Positions 35,850-48,619 of a DNA stretch of 50,937 bases are shown here, in pieces. The stretch comes from Chromera velia (lineage: Eukaryota), in contig JAHBMJ010000300.1 in the NCBI GenBank assembly GCA_018398765.1, positions 1 through 50,937 on the forward strand, read 5' to 3'. Position 1 is the stretch's first letter; each line of letters opens with the position of its first letter. The notes beneath the pieces were generated by a model. It was not told the DNA's origin. It saw only the letters and a list, made by a program, of their open reading frames with translations, and did no database searches. The position numbers and the translations under genes are program-made.

Positions 35850-38800
35850 ATGGGCGAGACAGGAGTGCACTTTCTAACAAAAATGAGAAACAAAAACGAC
35901 GGACTTGTCTCTATTGTGTGCGAGGTACCACTCCAATACGCGCACAAACAAGCGGAGATCAAGGCGTCCAAAGGCGAAAGGATCAACTTTCTGCGCGTCA
36001 GGCCCATTGCTGCAGCCCCGGATCTCGGGCCCTCCTCTCGGGTCTGCTGCGAAAGCATACTAGAGACCGGCAGCCACCAGGAACCCGTTTTTATTCTCAG
36101 GTAGACTCTGAGAATGGAAGCTTAAGAGAATTGTCTTGAAGGTATCATTAGGTCCTCCTGCAGAGACGCCCTTGAACCGTATCGCTTTGCCGGGAGGGCC
36201 CTGTTCTCCCAGGTTGAGAGCAGAGGCAGGGGTTGGCGAGGCGCTACTGACACTGGACACTCCCCATTTCTTTTTCTCCTTCTCTCCTTTGCAGTGTCGT
36301 GTCTTCACGGGTGGATGCCACTTGGCGTGCACAGGCAAGCAGAGTGCTCAGCAAGGCGATGAAGAATCCGCATATGACCCAGGGAGGTCCGGGGATACCA
36401 CAGAAATCGGCAGAACCGTTTTGTGGAGTGACGAGGGAGAAAAGGTCTCTGGGTGTCATCTGTATCCATCCATCCATCCATCTATCCATTCATCTACTAA
36501 TTTACTCATTCAGGTGGACCCAACATTTTGAGATATGGAATAAATGTTCGGATTGTATCTCAAAAAATGTGTACACGCTCGCACAGCTGGAAGAAGATGT
36601 CAAAAATTCGACTTCCCAGAGGGAACAAGGTAAGAGGCAGAGCAACACACAGGAGTTGAACAGCATGGAAGCTGGACATGCAGAGAAAAGCACGTTCAGT
36701 CAGTCCAACATGCATCTACACCTATGTTATTTCAAAAAACGGTATTGCGATGACACGATGCCCCCCTCCCGTGCTAATCTGATTAAATACACGCTTATAC
36801 TAATCTACAGAGAATCTGATAGCTTGCTTGACTTATATACATTCAGAGCCAGAATTACCGCCACTGCAGCGCCAACGAACGAAGCGTCCCACAAGGCTAA
36901 ACGGGTGATCAGATCGTTCAGCCGGATCTGCAGTTATCTGCAGTTTCGCAAACCAAAAACCAAACTCTGTGATTGGCCGCTGAAAAACAAAGCAAATGGG
37001 CAAAAAGAATCTCGGAGGGCGTGTTCGAAAATCAGCACTACAAGGAAGAGGTAAACATCAGATTTCAGTGAAGACACAGCCTTGTCTCGATCAGTACACG
37101 ACAAATCATACGTGGCAAAAGAAGAAACAAAGTACTTTGAACAATTGACTGCAGGGATCTAGATGAAAGGTTAATATCCATTAATTCAATCAAGGGCGTA
37201 CGTGCATACTTTTTTGAGACAGCTGGATCTTAGCCGAAGGAACAAAAACTTCCTGAGTGGACTTGAAAAGGAATTCAGGAAGGCAATCAATATTTTGAGA
37301 CCCCGATCCATCCTTCAGTTTTGATTCTTGCTTTGTAAGATCCCATTCTTTCATCTCATTAATTTGGGTCACAGACTGACTGTCTGACTAAGGACCTTAC
37401 TGACTTCTTAGAGAGACGCCCTCCAGAGGTGCCCAGAGGTAGAGCGTTGGCCCTGTGAAGCAGCCCCCCTGCGACTCCAGAGGATCCCCCCCACTGTGGC
37501 TTGTTGTTTCTGTACGTAAGGGTGCATGCACAAAAGCACATGCAGGACAGCAAAAAACGGTAAAAAAGGAAAAAGGGAGTACTGACCATGCTTTTCTAAG
37601 CCACCTCAGTCCATAAAGTTGAATCAATGAGTTTTTGCCAACAACTCGATCTGAAGAAGGTCTGAAGCAGAGAAGGCTCAACTAAACAAGGAAGAAGAAG
37701 ACTACTTGCTTAGCTCCCCACTGCATATGTGGTAAAAAAAGAAACAAAGTACTTTGAACAATTGACTGCAGGGAAGGAATTCGGCCATGAGTCAATGCAG
37801 CTGGGTCCCATGATTTCTAACTTCTGACGGCTGGCGTCCAGCGGGTCGCTTCCAGTGAAATACTTGCCCACCAGCCAGCCAGCCGCCCTTCTCTTGATTC
37901 GATTGCCTACCTATCCACACCCTGACTGACCCACTGACTAATTGCCTGACCGACTGACTAACAGTCTTAAACCCCTCCGTTCGTTCTTTTTAAAATTCCA
38001 TCCCATCCTCCTTTCCACTCTCCCCCCCTTCCTTTTCTTCCACACACATCCTTTCCGCTCTCCTCGCCTCCCTTATGTCCACACACCTCGGAGTCCTTTC
38101 CACTCTCCTCTCTTCCCTTCCTTCCATACACATCCTTTCCGTTTTCCTCTCTTTCCCTCCTTCCACAAACCTCTTTTTCGCTCTTTCCTCCTCCTTCCTT
38201 CAGCATACCTCCTTTCCGCTCTTCTATCTTCCCTTCCCTTCCTTCCACACACCTCTTTTCCACTCTTCTCTCTTCCTTTCCTTCCATACACCTCCTTTCC
38301 GCTCTCCTCTCTTCCTTTCCTTCCACAAACCTCCTTTGCGCTCTCCTCTCTCCCTTTCTTCCACACACCTATTTTCCGCTCTCCTCTCCTCCCTTACAAA
38401 AGGGTTGGCACCGCCACTGGGCGGGCGCGCCCACCTTTCCAAACATCCGCTGCCCTCACTCGCAGGAGTCTGGCGGGGCCACGGCATGCCGTTGAGGTAC
38501 CGGGGCTACAATCTGTATCTGGAAGCGGATTAATTGAATTAAACAGCATGCATATATTAAAAGATACAGATTGAACAAAGATACGAAACAACCATAAGAG
38601 TCGAAAGAAGATAACAGACCCAGACTGGTAGTTTTCTTAAGCGTCTTATATGAATAAGAGACCAAGGCTATCACCCTAGACTAGCCAACCTCTTCGCTTC
38701 CCTTCCTTCCATATACCTCCTTTGCGCTCTCCTCTCCTCCCTTCCTTCTATGCATATCCTAAGCTTTCCGCTCTCCTTTCCTCTCCCCTCTTCCTTCCAC

Positions 38801-41700
38801 AAACCTCCTTTTCGCTCTCCTCTCCTCTCCCCTCTTCCTTCCACACCTTCTTTCTGCTCTCCTCTCCTCCCCTTCAACACTCTCCCTTTCTGCTGTCCTT
38901 TACTCCCTTCCTCTCCGTTTTGCTTATCGCTCTCCTCTTCTTCCTTCCTTCCACATACCTCCTTTCCGCTCTCCTCTCCCCCTTTCCTTCCATATACCTC
39001 CTTTCCGCTCTCCTCTCCCCCATTCCTTCCATGCACATCCTTTCCACTCTCCTCTCCCCGCTTCCTTCCACACACTTCCTTTCCGCTCTCCTCTCCCCCT
39101 TTCCTTTCACACACCTCCTTTCCGCTCTCCTCTCCCCCATTCCTTCCATGCACATCCTTTCCACCCTCCTCTCCCCGCTTCCTTCCATACACCTCCTTTC
39201 TGCTCTCCTCTCTTCTCCTCCCTTCCTTCCACATACCTCTTTTCCGCTCTCCTCTTTCTCCTTCCTTCCACACGTATACCTCCTTTCTGCTCTTCTCTTC
39301 CCCCTTCTTCCACACACCTCTTTCCTGCTCTCCTTTCCTCCCTTCCTTCTATGCACATCCTTTCCGCTTCTCTCCCCACTTCCTTCCACACACCTCTTTT
39401 CCGCTCTCCTCTCCTCTCCCCCTTTCCTTCCACACCTCCTTTCCACTCTTCCCTCTTCTCTTCCTTCCACACACCTGCTTTCCGCTCTTCTCTCCCCCTT
39501 TCCTTCCGCACACATGCTTTCTGCTCTCCTTTGCTCCCCTTCAATACTCTCTCTTTCTGCTATCCTTTACTTCCTTCCTCTTCGTCCTCCTTATCGCTCT
39601 CGTTTCTTTCATTTCTTCTAGTGTACACCCCCTTAAAGTTTCTGTCTAGGTTTCTGTTCAACTTTCCTCCCTTCTTCAGTCTCCGCATCACCTCCTTTCC
39701 GCTCTCCTCTCCTCTCTTCCTTCCACACACTTCCTTTCCACTCTCCTCTCCTCTCCCCTCAGAGTCTTCCTTCCACACCTTCTTTCCGCTCTTCTCTCCC
39801 CCCTTCTTCCACACACCTCTTTCCCACTCTCCTTTTCTCCCTTCCTTCCACACCGCCTTTCCACTCTCCTCTCTTCCCTTCCTTCCACACCGCCTTTCCG
39901 CTCCCCTCCCCTCTGTTCCCGTCCTTCTCTCATCTCCCTCACTTCCTGACTGACTGATTTGCGAGCACACGAGGCTCAATTACCCCCCCCCCGTCCGGTA
40001 TTGCATGATTCAATTTGCTCACGCAGCATACTTTTCGAAGGCTGAGGGGGTCGACCGCCTGATGTATCTGTCCCTCCCTATCTTCAGAAAAATACTGGTC
40101 GATAAATTCTAAAAGCTGATCTGGAAACGGTGGTAACCGTTGAAGAATTTTTAAAGAGAGAGACAGTAAGTATGGCCTTCTTCTTTCGATCTATCCGTAC
40201 GATCCACTTAAGCTAGAGGAGAAGCTTCATGGATCGGTAGGAAGGCGGGCAGGAATTAAGGCAGCTGACTGCATGCCGAGTCTCACTCACTTTAGAAAGA
40301 GAAGGAAAAGCCCCCCGTACTTAAGGCTAGCACTTAAGGTCCCTGTTGGTGAAGCTGCAGGACATACAGGAGAGACAGCGACACATGTACGTACATCGAG
40401 ATGAAAGGTTAATGTCTATTAATTCGATCAAGGGCGTACGTGCATACTTTTTTGAGACAGCTGGATCTTAGCCGAAGGAACAAAAACTTCCTGAGTGGAC
40501 CCGAAAAGGAATTCAGGAAAGCAATCAATATTTTCAAACCTCGATCCATCCTTCAGTTTTGATTCTTATTTTGTAGGATGTCTGCTCCTTAATTGACCTA
40601 ATGCATCCAATTAGACTTACGTCCCCCTTTTTCGTTTTTTATTTTCTATATTTTTCTATCTTGTATGCAATGCCATATCAAGTCCTTCCTTCTGTGCATA
40701 CATGCATGCAGAGTCTGCATGACGACTTTCAGGCTGGCTGTCGACCTTTCTACATAGCCTGACAATCGCTCACTCATCCCATTGATTGACTGATTGACTG
40801 ACTCACACGGATAGACATCTAGGGGAACAGACTAAAGGGACTGCAGGGATGTTGTGGAAAGAGGCGGTGTCATACAACAAAGAAAGGAAGGAAGTCAGTG
40901 TTAGTTTCCTTAATATGTCCCCCCCCCCNCTTTCCCCCCCTCTCTCTCCGAGTCTCTCTCCTACCTATCCCTGGACCAACCCGACCCACTGGTTCTGACT
41001 TGGTTCGCTGGATTTGCAGTTTCCTAGCATTCACTTCCCGATCATTTTGAAGAAATACATTCATTCATTGCCTGAACGTGGCTGCTTCTAACTCCACTCT
41101 CAGACCGACCGACCCTTTTTTTCGGCAATCTGTTTTTCTTTTTCTCTCTCTTCCAGGAGGAAGCAGAGGATCTGATGTATCGTCAGAGAGGATCGGCTCT
41201 TGATGTAATTGAGGAGACTGAGTACGACTGTTGGGGGCCATCTGGTATTCCTCGAAGAGTTTCGAGATCATCCCAAGACCCAAAGAGCAGTTGACGTGGT
41301 AAGAGAGTTTCACACACTCCTCCTCCAGCTGTTCTGCATCCATGCGCATCAAGCATCGCGGGCCCTTCATCCTCTTCCCCTCCCTCCTCTTCCCCAGCCG
41401 CCTTACTGTCTCTGTCTCTTTCTGCATCTCTGTCTCCACTTGTGCTTTCTTCAACTACTTCATTGATGGCGAGGCATGTCTCAATTACCTGAATGGGCGA
41501 GAACCCATGCAGTTGAATCGATTGACAACATGAAGAAACGGAGGGACTTCATCAGCTCAATCACCTGGGCCTAGGTTTGGCTCTCCTGCCCGATTCGGTC
41601 ATGGAAACTTTATACAACGATGGCGTACGGGAATTCCCGAGCCGATCATGAAGGTCTAGCTTGGTCGATTTGAGATACCAGGGCCCCAGCAGACTTACCT
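35850..41700 (+). pseudogene. Possible decayed intron-containing gene or TE-derived coding region of unknown family
   Basis: Exon-like blocks with AG/GT borders (~36294-36386, ~36514-36629, from ~41157) and a coding-like frame at ~40110-40580 broken by TAG/TAA. Internal duplications 37162-37340/40400-40579 and 37108-37157/37725-37774. No recognisable domain. Confidence 0.3.
37975..39950. repeat. Pyrimidine-rich minisatellite, ~35-bp unit (CCTTTCCGCTCTCCTCTCCCCCTTCCTTCCACACACCT-like), interrupted at ~38400-38690
   Basis: Tandem degenerate units visible directly; explains the GRKG/EESGK ORFs. Confidence 0.92.
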
Positions 41701-41835
41701 GCTGCGGGAGAGAGGCCGCATAGCATGAAAGCAGACGTAGAAACAAGAAAACAAGAATGGACATACAAAGACAAGGAGGGGGAGAAGGAAAGAACGTGAC
41801 ACACATAAAATATACACACGCACAGAGAGAAAGAA

Positions 41836-41884
<49 letters not shown>

Positions 41885-42171
41885 TGCAGACAAGCAGACA
41901 GACTGACTGACAGAGAGGAATAATTGCCGAGTAGGTCAATGACGGGTCTAACATGTTTTTAAAAAGTCGCCTTGGAGCAGGAAGACAGGAAAAAAGAAAT
42001 GATCAAGACAGCCTTGCATCACACGAACAAATAAAAAACGACCAAGCATGAACGAAAAAGAGAACATCGTCATCTCTTCTTCTCTTCCCTTCCCTTCCAT
42101 TCTCTCCCCTCACCTTTTCTTCTCTTGACCCCAATCTGGTCCCCCACCTGTTTTTCTTCTTTTTTTCCTTT

Positions 42172-42567
42172 TCTGTCTGTCTGACTGACTGATTAACTGA
42201 CTGACAGGCTGACTGACTTATTGACTGTCTGGCTAACTTTCTAACAGGGTGACTGACTGACTTACTGACTGTTGACGGGCTGACTGACTGGCTGGCTGAC
42301 TTACTAACTCAGTGGGTGACTGACTGGCTGGTGGAATGACTGGCTGGCTGACGGACTGACTGACTGGCTGACGTGCTGACTCAGTGGGTGACTGACTGGC
42401 TGATGGACTGACAGGCTGGCTGGCTGATGGACTGACTGACTGGCTGGCTGGCTGATGGACTGACGGGCTGACTTGCTGGTTAACTGATGGACTGACTGGC
42501 TGATGGACTGACTGACGGGCTAACTGGCTGGCTGAATCATTAACTGGCCGACTGACTGGCAGACTGA
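42172..42567. repeat. Degenerate (CTGA/CTGG)n tetranucleotide repeat
   Basis: gactgactgactggctggctga tracts. Confidence 0.9.
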
Positions 42568-43219
42568 TCAGGCCCCAGGAGGCTTTCGTGACCCCCCTTG
42601 CAAAGGCGTCATCTTGAGAGATTGAGAGCTCACCCCTCGTTCCCATCCTAACAGGACTTTCATCCAAAAAATCCCGAATCTTCTAGCTTCTCCCTCTCAT
42701 TCACCAGGAAGAACTTTCAGATCAGTCAGATGCTGTTGCTCGGTCTGGTCAGACGCAAGTGTAATCTTTCTGGAGGCGGAAATGTAGAGGGAATACTCCG
42801 TACGAAGCATCACAATGCAGTGGTGGTGGTAGGCCGGCCTGCGTGATCTGCATTACGTATGTATGGCGTCGGGTCAGAGGGAACCATGCAGAGATTGATG
42901 AATCAGAGACGAGTAAAAAGAAGAAATGAAATGGAAAAGCCACCGCGATGGATACATGTCATAAAAGACTAAGACCGAGACCAACAAGCGAGAAAGATTG
43001 AAGAAAAACAGCAGAAGACCACTGAATCGATCTATCTGTCTGTCTGTTTGTTTGTTTGATGGGAAGGGAATGAACAGAAGAAGACCATGCTGAGGGGTCT
43101 GGGCGATCGCACGGGAAGTCTTAGCACATGACTGAATCGGACAGAGGACGCGAGATGAGGTATCATTACCACCATCTGCATGCATCCTGTCATGAGCATG
43201 CTATACCTATATATCGATA

Positions 43220-46200
43220 TAGGCGGAGGAAACCGTCACAGCAGGCTGCCAAAGATAGCATGCGCCGCCACGTGGATGCCCTCATCAAAGACGGGGCCCT
43301 CTCTAAAACAGTCTCCCGCCTAGGCTCCTTAGGGATCGCTACCCCAAACATGAAGACATTCCGCAAGCGGAAGGATCTCCACCCCCTGCGTAGGAGTCCG
43401 ACCCGATATGAGACCAAAGCCCTCGCATCAGACCCGCCCCACCTCGAGCTTACGCTCGATTCCCTCCTACAAGCAGCCCGCTCTGCCACCCAAGGCTCTG
43501 CCCAGAGAATTTCAGGGTGGCGTTATGAACACATTCGTTTCTTTCTCCCAGGCGACGGATCAGGAGGGGGGGGTACAGCAAGGCAGTGTGCTCTCTTTAT
43601 CATCGCCCAGCAACTGGCAGCGGGCAACGCCCCTCCGTCCCTTCTTCGCTTGCTCGCAAGTGGGAGGTTTTTTACCCTCAACAAGGACCTGAAAGGTAAT
43701 AAGGTAAGACCGATCACGATGATCATCGGGGACGTGCTCCGAAGATGGGTCACGAAGGCAATCCTGATCAAGTATGGGAAGAAGTTTGAGGAACACCTTG
43801 GGGCATTGCAGTATGTGGTAAGAACGAGTGCAGAGACAGAGAAACGTTTTAGAGCAGTCCAAACTTGTTTACAGTTTTGTCCTAACTCCATCCTCCTCCA
43901 GATAGATGTAAACAACACATTCAACACTTGCGATAGACAGAAAGCGATGGACGAGCTGCTGCATGAAGATTTTCCTGAGCTGTTTCGTTTCTTTTCCGTT
44001 CTTTTCTCTCTGGTATGGTATGCCAGTCTCAATCTTCTTTTGTGATTAGAAAGGCAGACTGCGTACTTTCATGAGTCAAGAAGGAGTACAACAGGGAGAT
44101 GTTGCAGGGCCGCTTTTTTTTTGTCTTGGCCTAAAACCTGCTTTAGAAAAGTTGCAAAAGAGGCTGTACGAGAAGTATGGGAAGGTGGGATGTTTCATAG
44201 GTCCATACATGGATGATCTCTCTCTCATTTTCCCTTTTAGCTCTGCTGATTGTCTGACCTCTACCTGGTCAGATTGTGTAGAAATTTTGGGAGAATATGG
44301 CCTGATGCTCAATCTGAATAAGGATAAGAGCGCAGCTTTCTCTCCCAGTTGGAGAGGGAAATCAGAAAGAGAGATTCTACAACAGCGCCCCCCAGGACTA
44401 GAGGTATCGACACAAGGCTACAAGTTGATGGGGGCAGGGGGGGGTAAAGACTCGTTCGTGAACAGCCTGTTCGAAAAGAAGCTAGCAGAAGCAACAAAGC
44501 TGGGGAAGCGAGTGGAGGGGTATGGAGTTCTCCAGGGATGCAGCCTGCTGTTTCATTACTGCATCTTCTCTAAACTTGTCTACTTGGCGTGGGTGATGGA
44601 AGACAGACTCCACACAAACGTATGGGAAAGAGCAGACAAGGAGTTGGGGGAGTCTTTCGCCCGTAGTATGCGCCTCAGCCTACAAGAATGGACCTAATAG
44701 CAGAGCTAGGCGCATCTCCCATTATGTCAGGGGGAACTGGGGATCCCTTAAAGTTTCTTCCATTTTATCATGCCAGCGGCCTTCACAGGCTGCGCGGCAT
44801 ATACCTTTGCAGCAGTGAGGAGCCGATTGATAGAGCAGGGTTTCGAAACACCAACAAAGGCAGACTTTGCAGGTCTGTTTTAGGTAAAAAGGGCAGAGCA
44901 AGCTTATACTGATTGTAGGGGGGGGACCGAACGGGAACTTGGAAAGGTTCCTCAAATTCTGGAACTTCAGTGGGGGGAGAGAATGGAAAATTGGTTATTG
45001 TGGGAGAGACGGGAGGTACAGTACCTCATGATGGAAGCGCTGCACTTAGTTGAGAGGGAAAAGCTCTTAGCCGCTTTGCCAGCCAAAGGAAAGGCCCGTC
45101 TGTGATCCTGTGCAGGCACAGGCGCCTCCGCTTGGCTAACAGCCATACCGTCTTCAGGTTGGACTCGTATTTCTCCAACCCTTTTCACCACAGCCATCCA
45201 TCTCCGTCTCAGCTTGTCCATTCCAGAGATCAGAAGAAACCCTATCTGTGCGTGTGAAGCCCCGCTGGATGTGGAGGGACAACATGCATAGACCTGCGGG
45301 ACAGGGGGGGGGGTCTGGTGGTGGTGAACAAATGAAGGACGCCTTTTGCTCCCTCCTTCAAGGCCTCTATCACTGCTACGTAACAAAAGAGCCTATGTTC
45401 GGGCAGCTTGGGCTGTCTACCGCAACCCGTCTGGTCGAAAAGAGACAGAAACGCCCCGATTTTCTTGCAAGGCTCCCGTCCGGAGACACAGTGCTTGCCG
45501 ATGTCGCTGTTACCTATCCATTTTCCATCGATGCTAACCATCTGCGCCGATTTGCAAAAACAGCAGGGTCAGCAGCGAGGGGAATGAAGAAAGTGAAGAA
45601 CGATAGGTATGGGGAGATTTGCTATGAAATCGGTTTCCGTTTTGTGCCGCTTGTTTTTGAAACTTATGGAAGACCAGGGGAGGGAGTAGTAAGGGTTTTG
45701 AAGGAAGTGGCAAAGTTGGGAGCAGGGAGGATGAGGGGTAGGGAGGGAGACGAAGCAGTCCAAGCAAGGTTGATGAACTACTACTCCAAGCTCTTGTCTT
45801 GCACTCTGCAGCGTTTTGTCACAGCAAACCTTCTGTCCTCCATCTACAGCAAGAGGGGCACAAGGGGCCACTTCCAGCCCAAGGGTCTGCTCGGGGGGGA
45901 AGTGGCCGCGTTCTCCAGGTCTTTTGACCAGGAGGGCGCAAACTGAAGGAATTTCTTTGGCAATGCAAGAAAACAGAAGAGGGATACATGGGTAAAAGCG
46001 TAAGCAAATGAATCGGAAAAGTTTAGGGAACTGAGTTTAAAGAAAGCGTTTTGATGGGGTGTTTAAAGTAGGAGTTCTTTAAAGGGATGGAAGACGTGCG
46101 GGATGCACCTCTGCACAATGAAAGTCTTTCTGATTAAAAGGGTAGCTTTTTTTCAATGAAAGAACTGAAGTGTTTCGAAGTTTCTGCCCTGCATCCCCTC

Positions 46201-46340
46201 TGTCTCTTTTCTCTCTCTTTTGATTGTTCAACCTGTTGTGAAGCTACGATTGATCAGCTGTATCAAGGTGATCGAAGTTATGCCTATTTTTGTCGCTGGT
46301 AGTCATAGGACGGAACAAATCGGCAAACTAAGTTAGATCC
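43220..46340 (+). mobile_element. Degenerate CRE-clade-like non-LTR retrotransposon (RT plus CCHC plus restriction-like endonuclease), 5'-truncated
   Basis: RT pieces SGWRYEHI, KVRPI...GDVLRR, IDVNNTFN, GVQQGDVAGPLFF and YMDD. Also ARL*SCAGTGASAWLTAIP, knuckle CACEAPLDVEGQHA*TC and RLE motifs KRPDFL...DVAV...K..RY...FVPLVFETYG. Broken by stops and frameshifts; ORF ends at 45946; ends are approximate. Confidence 0.9.
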
Positions 46341-46353
46341 GCCTCTCATATAG

Positions 46354-46389
46354 AAGGACGCGGCATGCATGAAAAAACCCTCAATCATG
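46354..46389 (+). mobile_element. 36-bp tail-only insertion (...GGCATGCATGAAAAAACCCTCAATCAT)
   Basis: Flanked by ATATAG at 46348-46353 and 46390-46395; shares the ACCCTCAATCAT terminus with the LINE tail. Confidence 0.7.
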
Positions 46390-46500
46390 ATATAGGTGCC
46401 CCCAATAGCCCAGCTATAATAGCTTAGTGTGCCTATAATCGGACTGTGCACCTATAATCCACCTCCATATGCACCTTCCATGTGCACCTATATAATTGGA

Positions 46501-48619
46501 TGGGGATATGGCATGATGATGATGATGATTGAGGGTTAAATCCTAAATTTAGCGACGCCAAATCCCAAGCCACTAGCAAGGCTTTGAGGACAACCCAGAG
46601 CACACATTCATGGGGGGGGGGATGAGGATGCCTGCATGCTAATCGGATTGATTCGCCTCAACTTGCCTTATCGACAGAATGGACCTTCTTGAGATAGTCA
46701 GCTATAGCTTTAGAACTGCTTCTAGGCAGGATTATGCACAACAGCAACACCATATCCTTCATTTTCTTCTCATTATTAAATTTATTAGAAGTGCCCCTCC
46801 CGGTTGCACCTGCAACGCGTTGTGCGGTCTGTATTCTTATGTCAATGAGCGCTTTCTGCTTCACAATTTTGTACATTTCTTTCAGCCTGTTCCGTTCCCT
46901 TTCTGTGTCCTTACACTCCGTCAGGACATGAACCTCATCTTTGATCACATGCAAGGGGGACAAACATTTATCGCACAGCTGTTCCGGTTGGGTTCTATCT
47001 ATATCTCCCCCTGTGAGAGCCCTGAAAAGCATACGGAAGCCTGCAGAGGACTGCAACAGACTCTTTGGCAGAGGTTCAACACTACACTCTATCATTTCAC
47101 TTCTTGGACGCCATTTCTTTTCACTCAGAAGGTGCATGGTCAAACGCTATCTGGTCGGATTCTCTGACTGGAAAAGGGAGAGATTCGTAAGGCAGGGGAA
47201 AATTCCGTCTCTGTCTCTAATGTTTCTAGTTTTTTCTTTCAACTAGTTAGACAGCCAGGCATCCTCTACGATCTTTTTTGCCGCCCTTTTCCTTCTGTCC
47301 TTGCCCTTCCTTTTAAACTTGTCCCCCACCGTGCTTAGTAATAGAGGCCACAAAAGAGAGCAATCTAATAGAACGGCCAGCCATTTTACTGTCTTAACGA
47401 AGGGTTCACACGAGCCAGCCAAGCACTCATTCCACACTGCCCGGGGTAGAGCACGGTCGATCGATTTTATGCATTGGATGAAGCCCTCACTCAACTTACC
47501 AAGTAGAAAACTGAATGGCTTAAGAGAGAGAGAGAGAGAGAAAAAAGGGAAGGTGAAATAAAGGAGTGATGGGAGAGACCAAAACAACATCAAACAAAAC
47601 GTAACTGTAATGTATCGAGGCAGATAACATCTGTCTTTCTCAGCGGGATCGTTTCCAGTCTATACAGCGCGACTGGCAGCCAGAGGGCCTTGAACAAAGT
47701 AATTTTAGAAAAGGGAGAAACAAAGCCTAGAGAAGAAAAAGTACCAAACACAGCCCCCAATGCCTTCTCTGCCGCCTCAATGCGGGCTTCGACTGTCTTG
47801 CTAAGGTTCCCGTCCTCAAAAACCCAGTTGCCCAAATACTTATATTTACTCACCGCTTCCACTGGTCTGCCTTCATAAAGAAAAAGGGTCCGGGGCACTA
47901 GGTAGGGGTGGGGGGAGGAGAGGCGCATAACTTTTGTTTTTTTTAAATTTACCTTCAGGCCGTGCTCTTTACAATAGTCCTTAAGGCGAGACAGGCATTT
48001 CTGCAAGTCTGAAGCACTGTGAGCAAACAGAACAAGGTCATCAGCGTATCTGATGCTTTCGATTAAAACGTCAGACAGTCTGACAGGAGTCTTTCTATCA
48101 GTACCCCCAGCCGAGCTTTGATTCTTGTCCTCATTATTGGAGCTAACAGATTTATACAGATTGTTGATGAAAAGAAGAAAGAGGAGAGGAGAGAGAGGAT
48201 CGCCTTGTTTTACTCCTCCACCTTCTGGAAAGCATTCTGTTGCCCCATCCACCCAAGCCTTCACCTGACTATACATCGAATAAATTATCTAAACATCGGC
48301 TTGGCTTACTCCTTCCTCCCTGAGCCTCTCTAACATTTTGACCCAAGGAACTGTATCAAACGCGTTGTTAAAATCAATAAACGTGGCAATTAGAGGGCTC
48401 TTCTTCTTTTTGGAGCTGAGAATTAACAAAGACAGAGCAGCGAAGGCCTCCTTTGATAATGTCCCTACCCCTTGTCTGAAACCGAGCTGCCTTTCGTCAA
48501 TTTTCACCTCCTTCCTGATCTTTAAGTCCATCAATAAAGCAAAAATCTTACCCAGAAGCCCCACAATGTGGATTGAGCACCATTCATTACAGGCATGCAT
48601 GAAAAAACCCTCAATCATC
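46501..48619 (+). mobile_element. 37-bp tail-only insertion (46501-46515 plus 48598-48619) split by a nested LINE
   Basis: 11-bp TSD ATATAATTGGA (46490-46500) / ATATAATTAGA (48620-48630). The reconstructed insert TGGGGATATGGCATGCATGAAAAAACCCTCAATCATC matches the 46354 copy. Confidence 0.7.
46516..48591 (-). mobile_element. 5'-truncated RTE/RTEX-like LINE with (ATC)n 3' tail
   Basis: RT motifs RQLGFRQG, FIDFNNAFDTV, GVKQGDPLSPLLF, YADD and YKYLG. C-terminal RLTMHLL...CDKC...DEVHVLTEC knuckle, stop at 46658, tail TAGGATTTAACCCTCAATC(ATC)n. 6-bp TSD GGCATG at 46510-46515 and 48592-48597. Clade assignment is tentative. Confidence 0.9.

Noticed and set aside
37942..39979. Multiple 130-300 aa ORFs on both strands
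   Set aside because: Stop-poor minisatellite that is open in many frames; not coding evidence.
46375..46540. piggyBac-like MITE (TTAA/CCCT ends) or a TIR element that captured a LINE
   Set aside because: Only one end has TTAA, similarity extends outside the supposed TIRs, and separate TSDs explain each motif as a retroelement 3' tail.
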